Position numbers and translations under genes: made by a program. From NCBI GenBank assembly GCA_963845565.1, contig CAWJSJ010000002.1, positions 736,001 to 800,000 on the forward strand: a stretch of 64,000 nucleotides of DNA, read 5' to 3'. This document shows, piece after piece, positions 34,427 through 44,329 of the stretch. How positions within the stretch are numbered: the first letter of the stretch is position 1; each line of letters starts with the position of its first letter. Source of the stretch: an uncultured Methylomirabilota bacterium (GTDB lineage Bacteria > Methylomirabilota > Methylomirabilia > Methylomirabilales > 2-02-FULL-66-22). Under the pieces are notes generated by a model. The model saw only the letters and a list, made by a program, of their open reading frames with translations, did not search any database and was not told the origin of the DNA.

Positions 34427-35584
34427 ATGGACACCACGAACCCGGGGTTGCCGGTCGGCAGACCGGAAGAGGTCGGGATGGATCCGGCACGGCTCCAGCG
34501 CGCCTTCGATCTGCTCCGCGGGTGGGTCGAGGACGGCACGTTGCCGGGGGCCTCGGCGCTGGTCGCCCGCCGGGGTGTCGTCGTGGGGCGATGTTGGTTC
34601 GGGGACGCCGTCCGCGAGCCCGAACGGCGGCCTGTCGGCCCCGATACTCTCTTCGCAGTGGCCTCGGTGACCAAGCCCGTCACGGCGACGGCGGTCCTGC
34701 AGCTGGCCGAGCGAGGCGTCCTCTCCGTCGATCAGCCCGTCCACGAGCTTCTGCCGGAGTTCGCCGGGCCCGGCCGGGAGAACATCACCCTGCGCCATTT
34801 CCTGACCCACACGTCGGGGCTGCCCGAGTACTGCGAGGACAACGAGGAGATCCGCCGGAACCACCGCGGCCTGGACGCCTTCGTGCGCTCCTACTGTCGC
34901 GGCCGGTTGCTCTTTCCCTCGGGGACCCAGTGGTCGTACAGCAACTTCGGATTCGGCCTGGCCGGGGAGATCATCGCCCGGTACGGCGGGCGCGGGTACC
35001 ACCCGTTCGTGGCAGAGGAAATACTCGCTCCGCTGGGAATGCGCGACAGTCATCTCCAGCCACCCGAGTCGGTCTGGGACCGGATCGCCTGGGTGCAGCT
35101 TCCGGGCGAGCCGCCCACCGATCACCAGCGGTACAACTCGCCATACTTCCGGAGGCTTGGGATTCCCTGGGGCGGCCTCTACGCGACCCCCGAGGATCTG
35201 GCCGTCTTCGCCCAGGCTTTCCTCCAGGGGGGCGCCCATCACGGGTGTCGGATCGTCAGCCCCGCGACGGCGCGCGAGATGGTGCGGAACCAGCTCCGCG
35301 AATCGATCCGTGACACCTCCGGCGTCGCGCGCTGGCGCCCGGCAAGCTGGGGGCTGGGTTGGGACGTGAAGGGCGGCAAGGCTCCGCACAACAGCGGCGC
35401 GCTCACGTCTCCTGCCACCTTCGGGCATACCGGCTCGTCGGGCGCGATGCTGTGGGCGGACCCGACCTGCGACCTCGTCTGCGTGATGATCGGGACGCGG
35501 CTGGCCGAGAGCGGCTGGGTGGATGCTCCGGTTCCGCGCCGCGCCCTCTTCTCGAATGCCGTCATGGCTGCCGTCGTGGAATGA
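34427..35584 (+). CDS. Serine hydrolase, beta-lactamase class C/esterase family
   Basis: SVTK (SxxK), LTHTSGL, YSN and GHTG motifs; no signal peptide. Confidence 0.9.
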   Translation: MDTTNPGLPVGRPEEVGMDPARLQRAFDLLRGWVEDGTLPGASALVARRGVVVGRCWFGDAVREPERRPVGPDTLFAVASVTKPVTATAVLQLAERGVLSVDQPVHELLPEFAGPGRENITLRHFLTHTSGLPEYCEDNEEIRRNHRGLDAFVRSYCRGRLLFPSGTQWSYSNFGFGLAGEIIARYGGRGYHPFVAEEILAPLGMRDSHLQPPESVWDRIAWVQLPGEPPTDHQRYNSPYFRRLGIPWGGLYATPEDLAVFAQAFLQGGAHHGCRIVSPATAREMVRNQLRESIRDTSGVARWRPASWGLGWDVKGGKAPHNSGALTSPATFGHTGSSGAMLWADPTCDLVCVMIGTRLAESGWVDAPVPRRALFSNAVMAAVVE

Positions 35585-35628
35585 GCGAACGGCGGCCACC
35601 CGGTATCCGGCCGGGGCATCCGCCGTAT

Positions 35629-36171
35629 TCAGGCCGCCACCTTGGGGCGCACGTAGGTCTGGAAAATCCCGGGCGAGGCCTGGGTCACGTAGGTCCCGTG
35701 ACCGGCCTTGTGGAGCGCTTCGAGCAGTGGGGTCGGGCGGAAGGTGCTCTTGACACACAGCAGGCCGCCCGGCGGCAGGTCCAGCGCCGCCCGCGTGACC
35801 TTGGGGAGAGGAACCTCGCCTTTCGCCAGCAGGTCGTCCGCATCGAGGGTCATGCGGACCTTGTTCTCGTCGAACCACTCCGGCGCCACGGCATCCAAGG
35901 CCGCGGGCTCCAGCTCCGGACCGAGATCGGTCGCGTCGGGCTCCCCGGGAAGTCCGGCGGCCTCCCGCAGCGTCGCGACCAGTCGCCGCACGGGGATCCC
36001 GCTCATCTGGGCGGCCTTCTCGATCGTCGCCACCTTGGCCACCGTCTTCCGCAAGATCGGGTTTCTCAGGGCCGTGAAGTGTGCGGATTGTCGGATCAGC
36101 ACCTCTTCGAGCTGGGGGTAGGCGTCAAGCAATTCCGCAATTTTCGTCTCGGGCGTGATGGGGATGTTCAT
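35629..36171 (-). CDS. DUF1858/DUF2249-like domain protein
   Basis: ITPETKIAELLDAYPQL...LRNPILRKTVAKVAT; C-terminal STFRPTPLL; AAGGAG RBS. Confidence 0.75.
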   Translation of the reverse strand: MNIPITPETKIAELLDAYPQLEEVLIRQSAHFTALRNPILRKTVAKVATIEKAAQMSGIPVRRLVATLREAAGLPGEPDATDLGPELEPAALDAVAPEWFDENKVRMTLDADDLLAKGEVPLPKVTRAALDLPPGGLLCVKSTFRPTPLLEALHKAGHGTYVTQASPGIFQTYVRPKVAA

Positions 36172-36189
36172 GCCGGCCTCTCCTTCTCG

Positions 36190-36294
36190 TTAGGAGCCGT
36201 TACGAAATAACCTACACATCTCTTTCTATTTCGTTACGGCTCCTTATGCCGTTTCGGAATGTCTCCGCTCAACTTATTCTCTTACAACGGCTTA
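36190..36294 (+). mobile_element. MITE-like composite A+B, copy 2
   Basis: Same sequence as 30632-30736; TTA at 36190 and 36292. Confidence 0.9.
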
Positions 36295-37538
36295 TCGTAC
36301 TGGAGGAGTCGCTGCTCGCCCTCGAGCGCGCGGAGTCGGGTGAGATCCTGCGTCACCTCCAAGGTGCCCAGGTAGGTTCCCGCCTCGTCCCGGACGGCAA
36401 AGTAGCGGATGTGGACGAACCGGCCCTGGAACGGGATCCAGAACTCGGCCACGCTCTGACGGCCGGTCTTGAAGTCGTCCAAGATTTGCTCGATGATGTG
36501 GACGCTCTTGGGTGGGTGGCAGTGTTGAACCAGACGGCCGAGGATCGCCTTGCTCCGAGCGAAGACCCGGTCGGGTCCCTCGGAGAAATAGCGCACCCGG
36601 TCGTCGGCGTCCACGAAGGTGAGATCCAGGGGCAGCACGGTGAAGAGCCAGCGGAGCTGCGCCGGTGTGAGCGCGCCGGTCGGGAATACCAGGCTTTCGT
36701 TGGCGGCCACGGCTGCCACCCTGGCAGGGTCGGTGGAGACGGGCGGCCGGTAACGGTCGCCAGGCTCGACCAGGCAGTAGCCGTACTCGGGGGATTGCTG
36801 CCAGATTTCGCCCCACTCGTCCTCGGTGAGCGCGCCCTGCGACATGGGGAGCAGAATCTTCTCCTCCTTGTAGATCATCTCCTCGACGGCGACGAGCGCC
36901 GGATCGGCCACCGCCTGGATGACGACCTTCCACTCTGCCGCCGACGCGCCTTGGGCGGCGAGCGCCTCGCCTAGGGTCTTCAGGAGGGCGCGCACCTCAT
37001 CGTCCTTGCCCCACATCACCTTGGATGGCCCCGTGATCCCGTGCCGCTCCAGACAGGAGAACAGGAGGTGCTCCTTCCGCTGGTAGTGCTTCTCCACGTC
37101 CATGAGGTCGTTGTACGCCTGCCGCCACGCGACGAGCTCATCCCCCGGGACCGCGGTGTCTGCAAGTTGCGCCACCGCCTGCATCGTCGTCCGCATCCGG
37201 CCGACGGCTTCCCGCAGGGCCTCGTTCTCGCGCTGGAAGGTGTCCACGGGGTGCCCGGGGGGGATCGGCGGCCCGGGCGATGCGGCGGGCCCGATCTGGA
37301 CGAGGACCTCCTTCAGGACCGAGGCGTGGAGGTCGCACATGGATTGCACTTCCTCCACCCGCATCCCCTCCGCCATCAGCTCCTGCTCCATGGCCGCAAT
37401 CTCGGAGGCGTCGGTTTCGCGGACCATCTCTCGCAACCTCGCTCGTACTTCGTCCGGCGAGCCTCCTCGGTGGAGGTGCTTGATGATCTCTTTCATGGTC
37501 TGGATCCGATGGGCCCGGTTGTTGATCAGCTCGCTCAT
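36282..37538 (-). CDS. DUF438 / hemerythrin / PAS domain protein
   Basis: MCDLH, GHPVDTFQREN, HYQRKEHLLF, VMWGKDDE and MIYKEEKIL; PAS-like C-terminus FVDADDRVRYFS...CHPPKS. Confidence 0.88.
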   Translation of the reverse strand: MSELINNRAHRIQTMKEIIKHLHRGGSPDEVRARLREMVRETDASEIAAMEQELMAEGMRVEEVQSMCDLHASVLKEVLVQIGPAASPGPPIPPGHPVDTFQRENEALREAVGRMRTTMQAVAQLADTAVPGDELVAWRQAYNDLMDVEKHYQRKEHLLFSCLERHGITGPSKVMWGKDDEVRALLKTLGEALAAQGASAAEWKVVIQAVADPALVAVEEMIYKEEKILLPMSQGALTEDEWGEIWQQSPEYGYCLVEPGDRYRPPVSTDPARVAAVAANESLVFPTGALTPAQLRWLFTVLPLDLTFVDADDRVRYFSEGPDRVFARSKAILGRLVQHCHPPKSVHIIEQILDDFKTGRQSVAEFWIPFQGRFVHIRYFAVRDEAGTYLGTLEVTQDLTRLRALEGEQRLLQYDKPL

Positions 37539-37603
37539 GGCCGGTCTCCTTTCCCCTGCGTCACCGGGGCGCCGTTCGGGCAGCGTCCGCGGTTCGCACA
37601 GGA

Positions 37604-37645
37604 ATCCTAGGCGGCCAGCGAGGCGACCGCCTTGATCCAGATCAA
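37604..37645 (-). promoter_or_regulatory. FNR/Dnr-type box with class II promoter geometry
   Basis: TTGAT-CCAG-ATCAA (37632-37645); minus-strand -10 TAGGAT (37609-37604) puts the box centre near -41.5. Confidence 0.8.
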
Positions 37646-37746
37646 GCCACAGCGAGCGGCCGTCGGGGCGCACTTGGGCAGGCTACGTGACGAGGGGGCG
37701 GGGACCCTGGAGCGAACGCGGGGGGGTGATGCGGCGGAGCGCTGAC

Positions 37747-39219
37747 CTATCGACCCGCCTTCCGCCGGATCTCGTGGATGGTCTGGGCCTCCGGGCGCGC
37801 CTTGTAAAATGGGTCAAGCGGAAAGCAGCCGGACACCATGCCGTTGCGTGGGCCGGTGGTGCAGTCGCTGAAGGTCCGGCAGAGGCGCTTCCGGTGCAAG
37901 GGCTGGCCGGTCAGGACATGGTGCGGCAGTTCCGGATAGGACAGCACCATCCGGCCCACACCGACGAAATCGCTGTGGCAGAGCCGGACCTGGGCCTGAG
38001 CGACGTGGGGGAGGTACTCTTGCAGATAGGTGTACCCGCTGCCGACGAGCAGCAGGTCGGGGACGGCGCGTTTGAGTGCGGCGGCGGCCGCGAGGATGCG
38101 GGCCACCCCCACCAGGGGATCCTCCGGCGGCGGGTAGCCGTCGGACGGCGGGAACATCGCCGGCCGCATCAGGTGGGGGTTGTAATACGGGCAGGCGGCC
38201 GAAATGTTGAGGAGCCGGATGCCGAGGTCTCGGCAGAGCTCCAGAAAGCGGATCGACTCGGTGAGGTCGGGCTGGGTCGGGTCGTCGGGGTTGACGCCGA
38301 ATCCGTACCGCCACGGCAGGTGCGGCCTGACGTCGATGGGCACCCCGCGCGCTCCCTCGCCCTCGTGGGGATGCCGGAAGGGGACCAGGTCGAACGCGGA
38401 CAGTCGGACGCCGATGTGGAGGCCCGGCGCGTCCCGACGGATGGCCGCCACGATCTCGCGGAAGAGTCGCGTGCGATTCTCGAAGGAGCCGCCGTACGGC
38501 CCCGGCCGCGTGTGCGCCGCCAGGAGTTCGTTCAGCAGATAGCCGTGACAGCACTTGACGTCCACGAAATCGTAGCCGTCCTCGGCGGCGAACTTGGCCG
38601 CCGCGACGTAATCCGGGATCAGGTTCTCCAGTTCCGCATCCGTGAGCATGGCCGACGGGTCCAGCGCGCCCACGCGGGCGTCGGTCACGGGATGCCGGAA
38701 CGCGATGCGCGGCTTGGCCGCGCGATCGGGATCGGGGCGCGACCAGCGGCCGGAGTGGGTGAGCTGGAGCCCGACGAAGAGATCGTCGGTCGTGCCGAAT
38801 CGTTTGCGGTGGGCCGCCTTGAGCGTGCGCAGCAGGGCGGAAAGCGCCTGGGCGTTCGCCGGCGTGTAGCAGAGCTGATTCGGGTTGGCGCGCCCTTCAT
38901 GCCGGACCGCGACCGCCTCACCCCCCCAGATCAGCTTGGCGCCGGAGATGCCGAAATGCGTCCAGCGGCGCAGGACCAAGTCGGTCGGCTGTCCCTCCAG
39001 GGTGCCGTCCCACCCCTCCATGGGGTGCGTGGCAAAACGATTTCCGATGGTTCTCCCGTGCACCGCAATCGGTTGCGCCAGCGGATTCTGGTGTGGCGGG
39101 AGCAGGTCGTCGTCACAGTCCAGACGAACGGGCAGCGTGGCAAGATGGGCCTTGAACTCCGCGACCGTTCGAAAAGATGCCACCCGCGGCACGCCTTCCA
39201 TTTCGCGTTCGTCCGTCAT
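37747..39219 (-). CDS. NADH:flavin oxidoreductase (Old Yellow Enzyme-like)
   Basis: HPMEGWD, LQLTHSGR, DVKCCHGYLLNE and YGGSFENRTR; C-terminal CRTFSDC. Confidence 0.88.
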   Translation of the reverse strand: MTDEREMEGVPRVASFRTVAEFKAHLATLPVRLDCDDDLLPPHQNPLAQPIAVHGRTIGNRFATHPMEGWDGTLEGQPTDLVLRRWTHFGISGAKLIWGGEAVAVRHEGRANPNQLCYTPANAQALSALLRTLKAAHRKRFGTTDDLFVGLQLTHSGRWSRPDPDRAAKPRIAFRHPVTDARVGALDPSAMLTDAELENLIPDYVAAAKFAAEDGYDFVDVKCCHGYLLNELLAAHTRPGPYGGSFENRTRLFREIVAAIRRDAPGLHIGVRLSAFDLVPFRHPHEGEGARGVPIDVRPHLPWRYGFGVNPDDPTQPDLTESIRFLELCRDLGIRLLNISAACPYYNPHLMRPAMFPPSDGYPPPEDPLVGVARILAAAAALKRAVPDLLLVGSGYTYLQEYLPHVAQAQVRLCHSDFVGVGRMVLSYPELPHHVLTGQPLHRKRLCRTFSDCTTGPRNGMVSGCFPLDPFYKARPEAQTIHEIRRKAGR

Positions 39220-39275
39220 CGCGCATTCATCCTTCTGTCGAAACAGGGACGCGCTCCAGGCGCACCTGGTTGCGC

Positions 39276-39980
39276 CTAGATCTGGGAGTACGGCGCCGGC
39301 CGCAGCAAGACGCTCGTCACGTTCGACACGATCTCGGCGTCGGTCAGGCCGGGCGTGGCCCAGAGTGCCTTCCACTCCGGGTCCGCCCGAAAGGCTGCCC
39401 AGCTTCGCTCGCGTGCCGCCATATCGTCGAAGGTGAGCAGGTACGTCAAGTTCGGCATCCGCGGCCCGATCAGGGTCTCTCCGAAGAAGACCGGGGTGAG
39501 GCCTGTGCGTCGGAAGATGGCGATCTCGCGGGTATTGAACATCTCGATCTTCCGCTGCAACGCCGGCTCGCTGTGACTCTCGTAGCGGCGGAGCTCGAAG
39601 ATCCGCGGCGCATTGGTCGCCGCGCCGGGTGGCGTCTCCAACTCGGGCAGGCCGTCGAAGGCAACCAGCAGAGAGCTCTCGGTCCGCACGAACGCGGGAC
39701 GGTCGGCGGGGACGTCGAGGAACGCCGCGCCCGCGCGCTGGAACTCCGAATCCGCGGCAAGCCAAGCCCGCACGGCGACGATCGCCTCCAGCGAGGTGTG
39801 CCGCAGGAGCGTGTAGACGGCGGGATTGACGTCTCCGAGCAGACCCGTAAAGACGCCTATGGGGTGGACGCCGTGCCCGTTCAGGGCCGGGATCGCGACC
39901 TCCCGCAGGAAGTCATCCAGTGCCTTCCCTTGCGGCCCGTTCTGTAACTGGTACCGCCTCAGCTCGTAGTAGTCCGGCAC
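39276..39980 (-). CDS. NIPSNAP family protein (two domains)
   Basis: YYELRRY...RIFELRRYES...WAAFRADPEW...LRPAPYSQI. Confidence 0.85.
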   Translation of the reverse strand: MPDYYELRRYQLQNGPQGKALDDFLREVAIPALNGHGVHPIGVFTGLLGDVNPAVYTLLRHTSLEAIVAVRAWLAADSEFQRAGAAFLDVPADRPAFVRTESSLLVAFDGLPELETPPGAATNAPRIFELRRYESHSEPALQRKIEMFNTREIAIFRRTGLTPVFFGETLIGPRMPNLTYLLTFDDMAARERSWAAFRADPEWKALWATPGLTDAEIVSNVTSVLLRPAPYSQI

Positions 39981-39992
39981 GGTTCCATCCTC

Positions 39993-40097
39993 TTAGGAGC
40001 CGTTACGAAATAACCTATACATCTCTTTCTATTTCGTTACGGCTCCTTATGCCGTTTCGGAATGTCTCCGCTCAACTAATTCTTTGACAACGGCGTA
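39993..40097 (+). mobile_element. MITE-like composite A+B, copy 3
   Basis: Same sequence; flanks TTA/GTA; immediately upstream of the NIPSNAP RBS. Confidence 0.9.
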
Positions 40098-40267
40098 GAG
40101 CGGCGCTACTCCGGCAGGCCCCTCATGCCGGCTGCAGACTATCAGCGCGGATCTTGAAGTCAAGTCGAATCCCCCTTCCGGCCGCCTGTGGTCCGCAAGA
40201 ACCCCGTCCGGTCGCCCTTCGTGCTTCCTATTCTCTTGATGTGATTACTATCTCCCAAGCGTCCCAC

Positions 40268-40296
40268 TTGATTGCCGTATTCGGATGTTGTACAGT
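40268..40296 (+). promoter_or_regulatory. Sigma70-like promoter of TA operon
   Basis: TTGATT-17 nt-TACAGT. Confidence 0.5.
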
Positions 40297-40340
40297 ACCG
40301 TCGTCGCCCATTCGTGTGGGCGCGCAAAGAGGAGGCGACC

Positions 40341-40574
40341 ATGAGTGTGCTGACGACCGTGCGTCTGGAGAATACGGTCCGGCGGCGGGTGGAGGCGCGA
40401 GCGCGGGCTCACCGACGCTCGCTTTCGGATCAGATGAAGTACTATGTGTTCTTGGGAATGCTGGCGGAAGAGAACCCGGACCTGCCGCTCGCGTTCATCC
40501 GGGACCTGCTGGAGGGGAAGGAAGAGGCCAAGGTCGGGTTGGCAGTGCCGTATGAGTGGGGTGTCGTGCGGTGA
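40341..40574 (+). CDS. ParD-like antitoxin
   Basis: RRSLSDQMKYY...AEENPDLPLAFIRDLL; GGAGG RBS. Confidence 0.8.
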   Translation: MSVLTTVRLENTVRRRVEARARAHRRSLSDQMKYYVFLGMLAEENPDLPLAFIRDLLEGKEEAKVGLAVPYEWGVVR

Positions 40575-40876
40575 GCCGGCCAGCCGCCGGTCGACCCGTT
40601 TCTGCCCTCCCTCGGGTGTTACGGGTCAAGAAGAAATGGCCCGTCGATCTCCAGCGAGTGCTGGACCGGGAGGTGGAGAAGATCCTGGCCAATCCCTTGG
40701 GCGGTGAGCCAAAGAAGGGGGCGCTCGCGGGGGTGCGCGTTCACAAGTTTACCCATCACCAGCAACTCTACCTGGTCGGATACCTGATCGAGAAAGGCGG
40801 AGGACTCTGCCTCTTGGCGCTGGGCTCCCACGAGAACTTCTATCGAGATCTTCAAAAGCACCTGAACACCCGATGA
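40571..40876 (+). CDS. RelE/ParE-like toxin
   Basis: GTGA overlap with the antitoxin; NPLGGEPKKGALAGVRVHKF...LGSHENFYRDL. Confidence 0.85.
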   Translation: MSRPAAGRPVSALPRVLRVKKKWPVDLQRVLDREVEKILANPLGGEPKKGALAGVRVHKFTHHQQLYLVGYLIEKGGGLCLLALGSHENFYRDLQKHLNTR

Positions 40877-41431
40877 CCGCCCCAATGTGAGTCAGCCCGA
40901 GAGCGGCTCGAATTGTATCGCTCTGTACCTAACCCATCAGAAACACACTGGACGCTCTTCTGTCCCACCCAACGAGTCTTCCCAGTCCGACCCCATGCGC
41001 ACAACATGGGTGTCATCCGGGTGAGAGGTGTTGTCTCGAATGCGATGCGTCAGTGTGATGCGTGCCGGCCGGCATCGAGCCCCAAGAACCTGCACGGATG
41101 TGATCACTTGACGAGTTAACCACCTGCGGATAAAGCGATTCTCCAAGGTCGGCCGGTGGGGGAGGTGATCCACTGTTCCATTATGGGTCCGTCCCCCCGG
41201 CACCAACCCTCATAGGCCCCACCGTGTCTGCGGCGCTCGCCATCGGCATCCGAAAATCCAGGTTCTCCAGCTGACCCTGGAAGTCATTCAGGCTGCGACG
41301 CATCCGGGGGATGCGAGGAGCAGGCTGGACGGCCACGGGGCCTCCGAAGCTGTTTGTGTCGTGTTTCGCCCCTGGGGGCCATGCCGTGGAGGACCCTTCG
41401 GGGTGATCGTTTCCGGGGGCACGGAGTTGCG

Positions 41432-41536
41432 TAAGCCGGTGTCATAGAATAAGTTGAGCGGAGACATTCCGAAACGGTATAAGGAGCCGTAACGAAATAG
41501 AAAGAGATGAAAGGGTTATTTCGTAACGGCTCCTAA
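41432..41536 (-). mobile_element. MITE-like composite A+B, copy 4 (inverted)
   Basis: Reverse complement of the element; TAA at 41432 and 41534. Confidence 0.9.
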
Positions 41537-41564
41537 CGACCTACCGGTGTGGGAGACTCCAGGC

Positions 41565-42122
41565 ATGGTGAGCGGGTTGCGGTCGCACCGGTTGATCCTC
41601 CGGGCGCTCCAATTGGAGGACGCGGTGCAAATCGCCGCGCTGCTCCACGACGACCGCGACGCCATCCGGCGGATGTCGCACATGCCTGACCCATGCACGG
41701 TCGAGGCGGCCCGAGAGTGGATCGCGCGTCGAACCGCACCGGGGTCCGCGACGTTCGCCATCGTGCGCGCCGCCGATGGAGTATTCCTGGGCGCGATCGG
41801 GTTCGGTAGTTTGCCGGAGATGCCCGGCGTTGGTTACTGGATTGGCCGACCACACTGGGGCCAGGGGTATGCCACCGAAGCGCTCCAGCTCATCGTCGCC
41901 TATGCTCGCGGACTCGGCGCGAAGGGCCTACAGGCAGAGACGTTTCCGGACAATCCTGCCTCCGCGCGCGTCCTGGCGAAGTGCGGTTTTCAGGACCGGG
42001 GCCTTGGCCTGCGCGATTATCCCGCCCGGGGCGGTCTCGTCCGGGTGCGGATTCACATTCTCCATTTCGCAACGCACGACGCGCGCGCCGAGTCGGGCTG
42101 CGACGAGGGATCGTCGTCGTAG
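41565..42122 (+). CDS. GNAT N-acetyltransferase (RimJ/RimL family)
   Basis: RLILRAL, VGYWIGRPHWGQGYATEA and NPASARVLAKCGF motifs. Confidence 0.88.
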   Translation: MVSGLRSHRLILRALQLEDAVQIAALLHDDRDAIRRMSHMPDPCTVEAAREWIARRTAPGSATFAIVRAADGVFLGAIGFGSLPEMPGVGYWIGRPHWGQGYATEALQLIVAYARGLGAKGLQAETFPDNPASARVLAKCGFQDRGLGLRDYPARGGLVRVRIHILHFATHDARAESGCDEGSSS

Positions 42123-42286
42123 GTTCCTCCGGCGTCAGGATCGGGAGCGTCGTGGACGCCCCCGGACAGCCGAGGACGCCCAAGTGCCGAAGAGCCCTTC
42201 GGGCGGACGACCGCCACCAGCGGGTCCAACGCGGAAGCCATATAAAGATGTGCATGCGGGGGACTGCCCGTGGTAGCGTGGTGACG

Positions 42287-42571
42287 ATGACGCGGTTCGA
42301 CTGGGACCCCGCCAAGGATCTGCCAAATCAGCAGAAGCACGGAGTGGCGTTCGTCGAGGCCCAGTTTGCCTTTGCCGACCCCCACCGGGTGATCGCCGAG
42401 GATCTGTCGCACAGCGGGGAGGAGCGGCGCTACTTCTGCTTCGGACGGGTCGGCGCCGGGATTCTGACGGTCCGCTTCACGCATCGCACCGGCGTGATCC
42501 GGATCTTCGGGGCCGGCTACTGGCGGAAGGGAGAGCGAATCTGTGAGCACGAGACTCAAGTACACGGATGA
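42287..42571 (+). CDS. brnT: BrnT family toxin
   Basis: FDWDPAK...KHGVAFVEAQFAFADP...EERRYFCFG...IRIFGA. Confidence 0.85.
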   Translation: MTRFDWDPAKDLPNQQKHGVAFVEAQFAFADPHRVIAEDLSHSGEERRYFCFGRVGAGILTVRFTHRTGVIRIFGAGYWRKGERICEHETQVHG

Positions 42572-42824
42572 GCCGATCGGCCGGGTGCGCGTGGTCCCCG
42601 ACTTTCTGCCGCCGCCCGAGGAGTTGGTATTCCGCGAGGAAGCCGTGAAGGTCACGATCGCCCTCAGCAAGCGGAGCGTCGAGTTCTTCAAGGCCGAGGC
42701 CCGCCGGCACAACATCCAGTACCAGAAGATGATCCGGCGGTTGCTCGATCGGTATGCCGAGCGATATGCCGACCCTAGCCCCCTCGCGCCTCCGCGGTCC
42801 ACGCGCCGTCGCACGGCAGGCTGA
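42543..42824 (+). CDS. BrnA/CopG-like antitoxin
   Basis: DFLPPPEEL...KVTIALSKRSVEFFK...YQKMIRRLLD; overlaps brnT. Confidence 0.8.
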   Translation: MSTRLKYTDEPIGRVRVVPDFLPPPEELVFREEAVKVTIALSKRSVEFFKAEARRHNIQYQKMIRRLLDRYAERYADPSPLAPPRSTRRRTAG

Positions 42825-42905
42825 ACAAGCCTCCCGTGCATCCGTGGTTTCGAAGACGATCCTGGTTGCTCGGCGGAACATTGGAAGGCGCTCGCGAAGT
42901 CGCGC

Positions 42906-44138
42906 CTAGTCCTCCGGACACGAGGCGACGCGGCCCCAGCCGCGCCACCACAGGAGGGCGAGCGCCAGGACGGAGAGCAGCCCCAGCCCGCCGCCCGCCG
43001 CGTACGCCATCGGTGTCCCGAACCATTCCGCCACCGACCCCACGAAAAACGATCCGATCGGCGTCACGCCGACAAACACGAAGGCGTACAGGCTCATGAT
43101 TCGGCCCCGCAGCCTGTCCGGGACGACCATCTGCAGCGCGGTGTTGCAACTGGCCATGAACACGATCTGGGCGAGGCCGGTCAGCGCGAGGAGGACGACG
43201 GCGGCCGGGAAGTGGCGGATCGCCGCCAGCGCCAGCGTGAGCGCAGCGGCCAGGGCCGCCGCGGTGATGAGGAGGGGCAGGGTCGGTCGGCTTCTGCCCA
43301 GCATGGCCAGGGCGAGCGCCCCGACCACGGCGCCGATTCCCAGGGCGGCCATGAGCAGGCCGAACCCGTGCGCCCCTTCGTGGAGGACGTCGCGCGCCAG
43401 GAGAGGCACCAAGACGTTGTGGTTGATGACGAAGAGACTGACGACCAAGAGCAGGGTCAGGATCAGCGCCACCTGCGGAGTGCCCACGGCGTAGCGGAGA
43501 CCCGCGGCAATATCCTGCCGGACGGTCGTGCCCTCCCGCTCGCGCGGCAAGCCCTCGGTCCGCATCGCCGCCAGGGCGAGGATCACGGCCACGAAGCTCA
43601 GGCCGTTCAGCCCGAAGGCGGGGGCCACGCCGAACCGATCCACCAGCAGCCCGGCGACAGCCGGCCCGATCATCCGCGCCCCGTTGAACATGGCGGAGTT
43701 GAGGGCGATGGCGCTGGTGAGGTCGTCTTTGCCGACCATCTCCACGATGAAGGACTGCCGGGCGGGCATGTCGAGCGTGTTGGCGAGGCCGTAGCACACC
43801 GCCAGGACGGCCACGTGCCAGTACTGGACGTGGCCCGTCCGGGCCAGGAGCGCCAGCGTAAACGCCTGGAGCATGAGCGCTGTCTGGGTGGCGAGGATCA
43901 GCCGACGCTTGGGCAGCCGGTCGGCGATGGCGCCGGCCAGGACGGAAAAACCCAGCATCGGCCCGAACTGCAGCGTGCCGATGAGGCCGAGCTTGAACGG
44001 CGAGCCGGTCAATTCCAGAACGAGCCAGGATTGGGCTACGCTCTGCATCCAGGTCCCGATCAGCGACACCAGCTGGCCGGAGATGAACAGGCGGAAGTCG
44101 CGATGCGTGAGCGCGCGCAGACCGGCGGGGAATCGCAT
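42906..44138 (-). CDS. MFS transporter
   Basis: FRLFISGQLVSLIGTWMQ, GAIADRLPKRR, PARQSF and RLRGRIMS motifs. Confidence 0.92.
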   Translation of the reverse strand: MRFPAGLRALTHRDFRLFISGQLVSLIGTWMQSVAQSWLVLELTGSPFKLGLIGTLQFGPMLGFSVLAGAIADRLPKRRLILATQTALMLQAFTLALLARTGHVQYWHVAVLAVCYGLANTLDMPARQSFIVEMVGKDDLTSAIALNSAMFNGARMIGPAVAGLLVDRFGVAPAFGLNGLSFVAVILALAAMRTEGLPREREGTTVRQDIAAGLRYAVGTPQVALILTLLLVVSLFVINHNVLVPLLARDVLHEGAHGFGLLMAALGIGAVVGALALAMLGRSRPTLPLLITAAALAAALTLALAAIRHFPAAVVLLALTGLAQIVFMASCNTALQMVVPDRLRGRIMSLYAFVFVGVTPIGSFFVGSVAEWFGTPMAYAAGGGLGLLSVLALALLWWRGWGRVASCPED

Positions 44139-44329
44139 GGTGGCGTCGAGTCTCCCTGGAGGCGGGGCCGGCGGCGCGCGCGGCGCGCATCCAGGCGCCC
44201 CGACACAGGATACGCCTTCAAGCCTCGGTTGTCATTTCGGCCGGCTTGCGCCTGCTTGGCGGGTCAGTGTAAACTGCGTGTCCGAGCTGGGAACCACATC
44301 AGGGTCGGGGCGTGAGGGAGGTCGCAACC

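Noticed and set aside
34427..35584. Antibiotic-resistance beta-lactamase
   Set aside because: No signal peptide and generic esterase-family motifs; resistance cannot be inferred.
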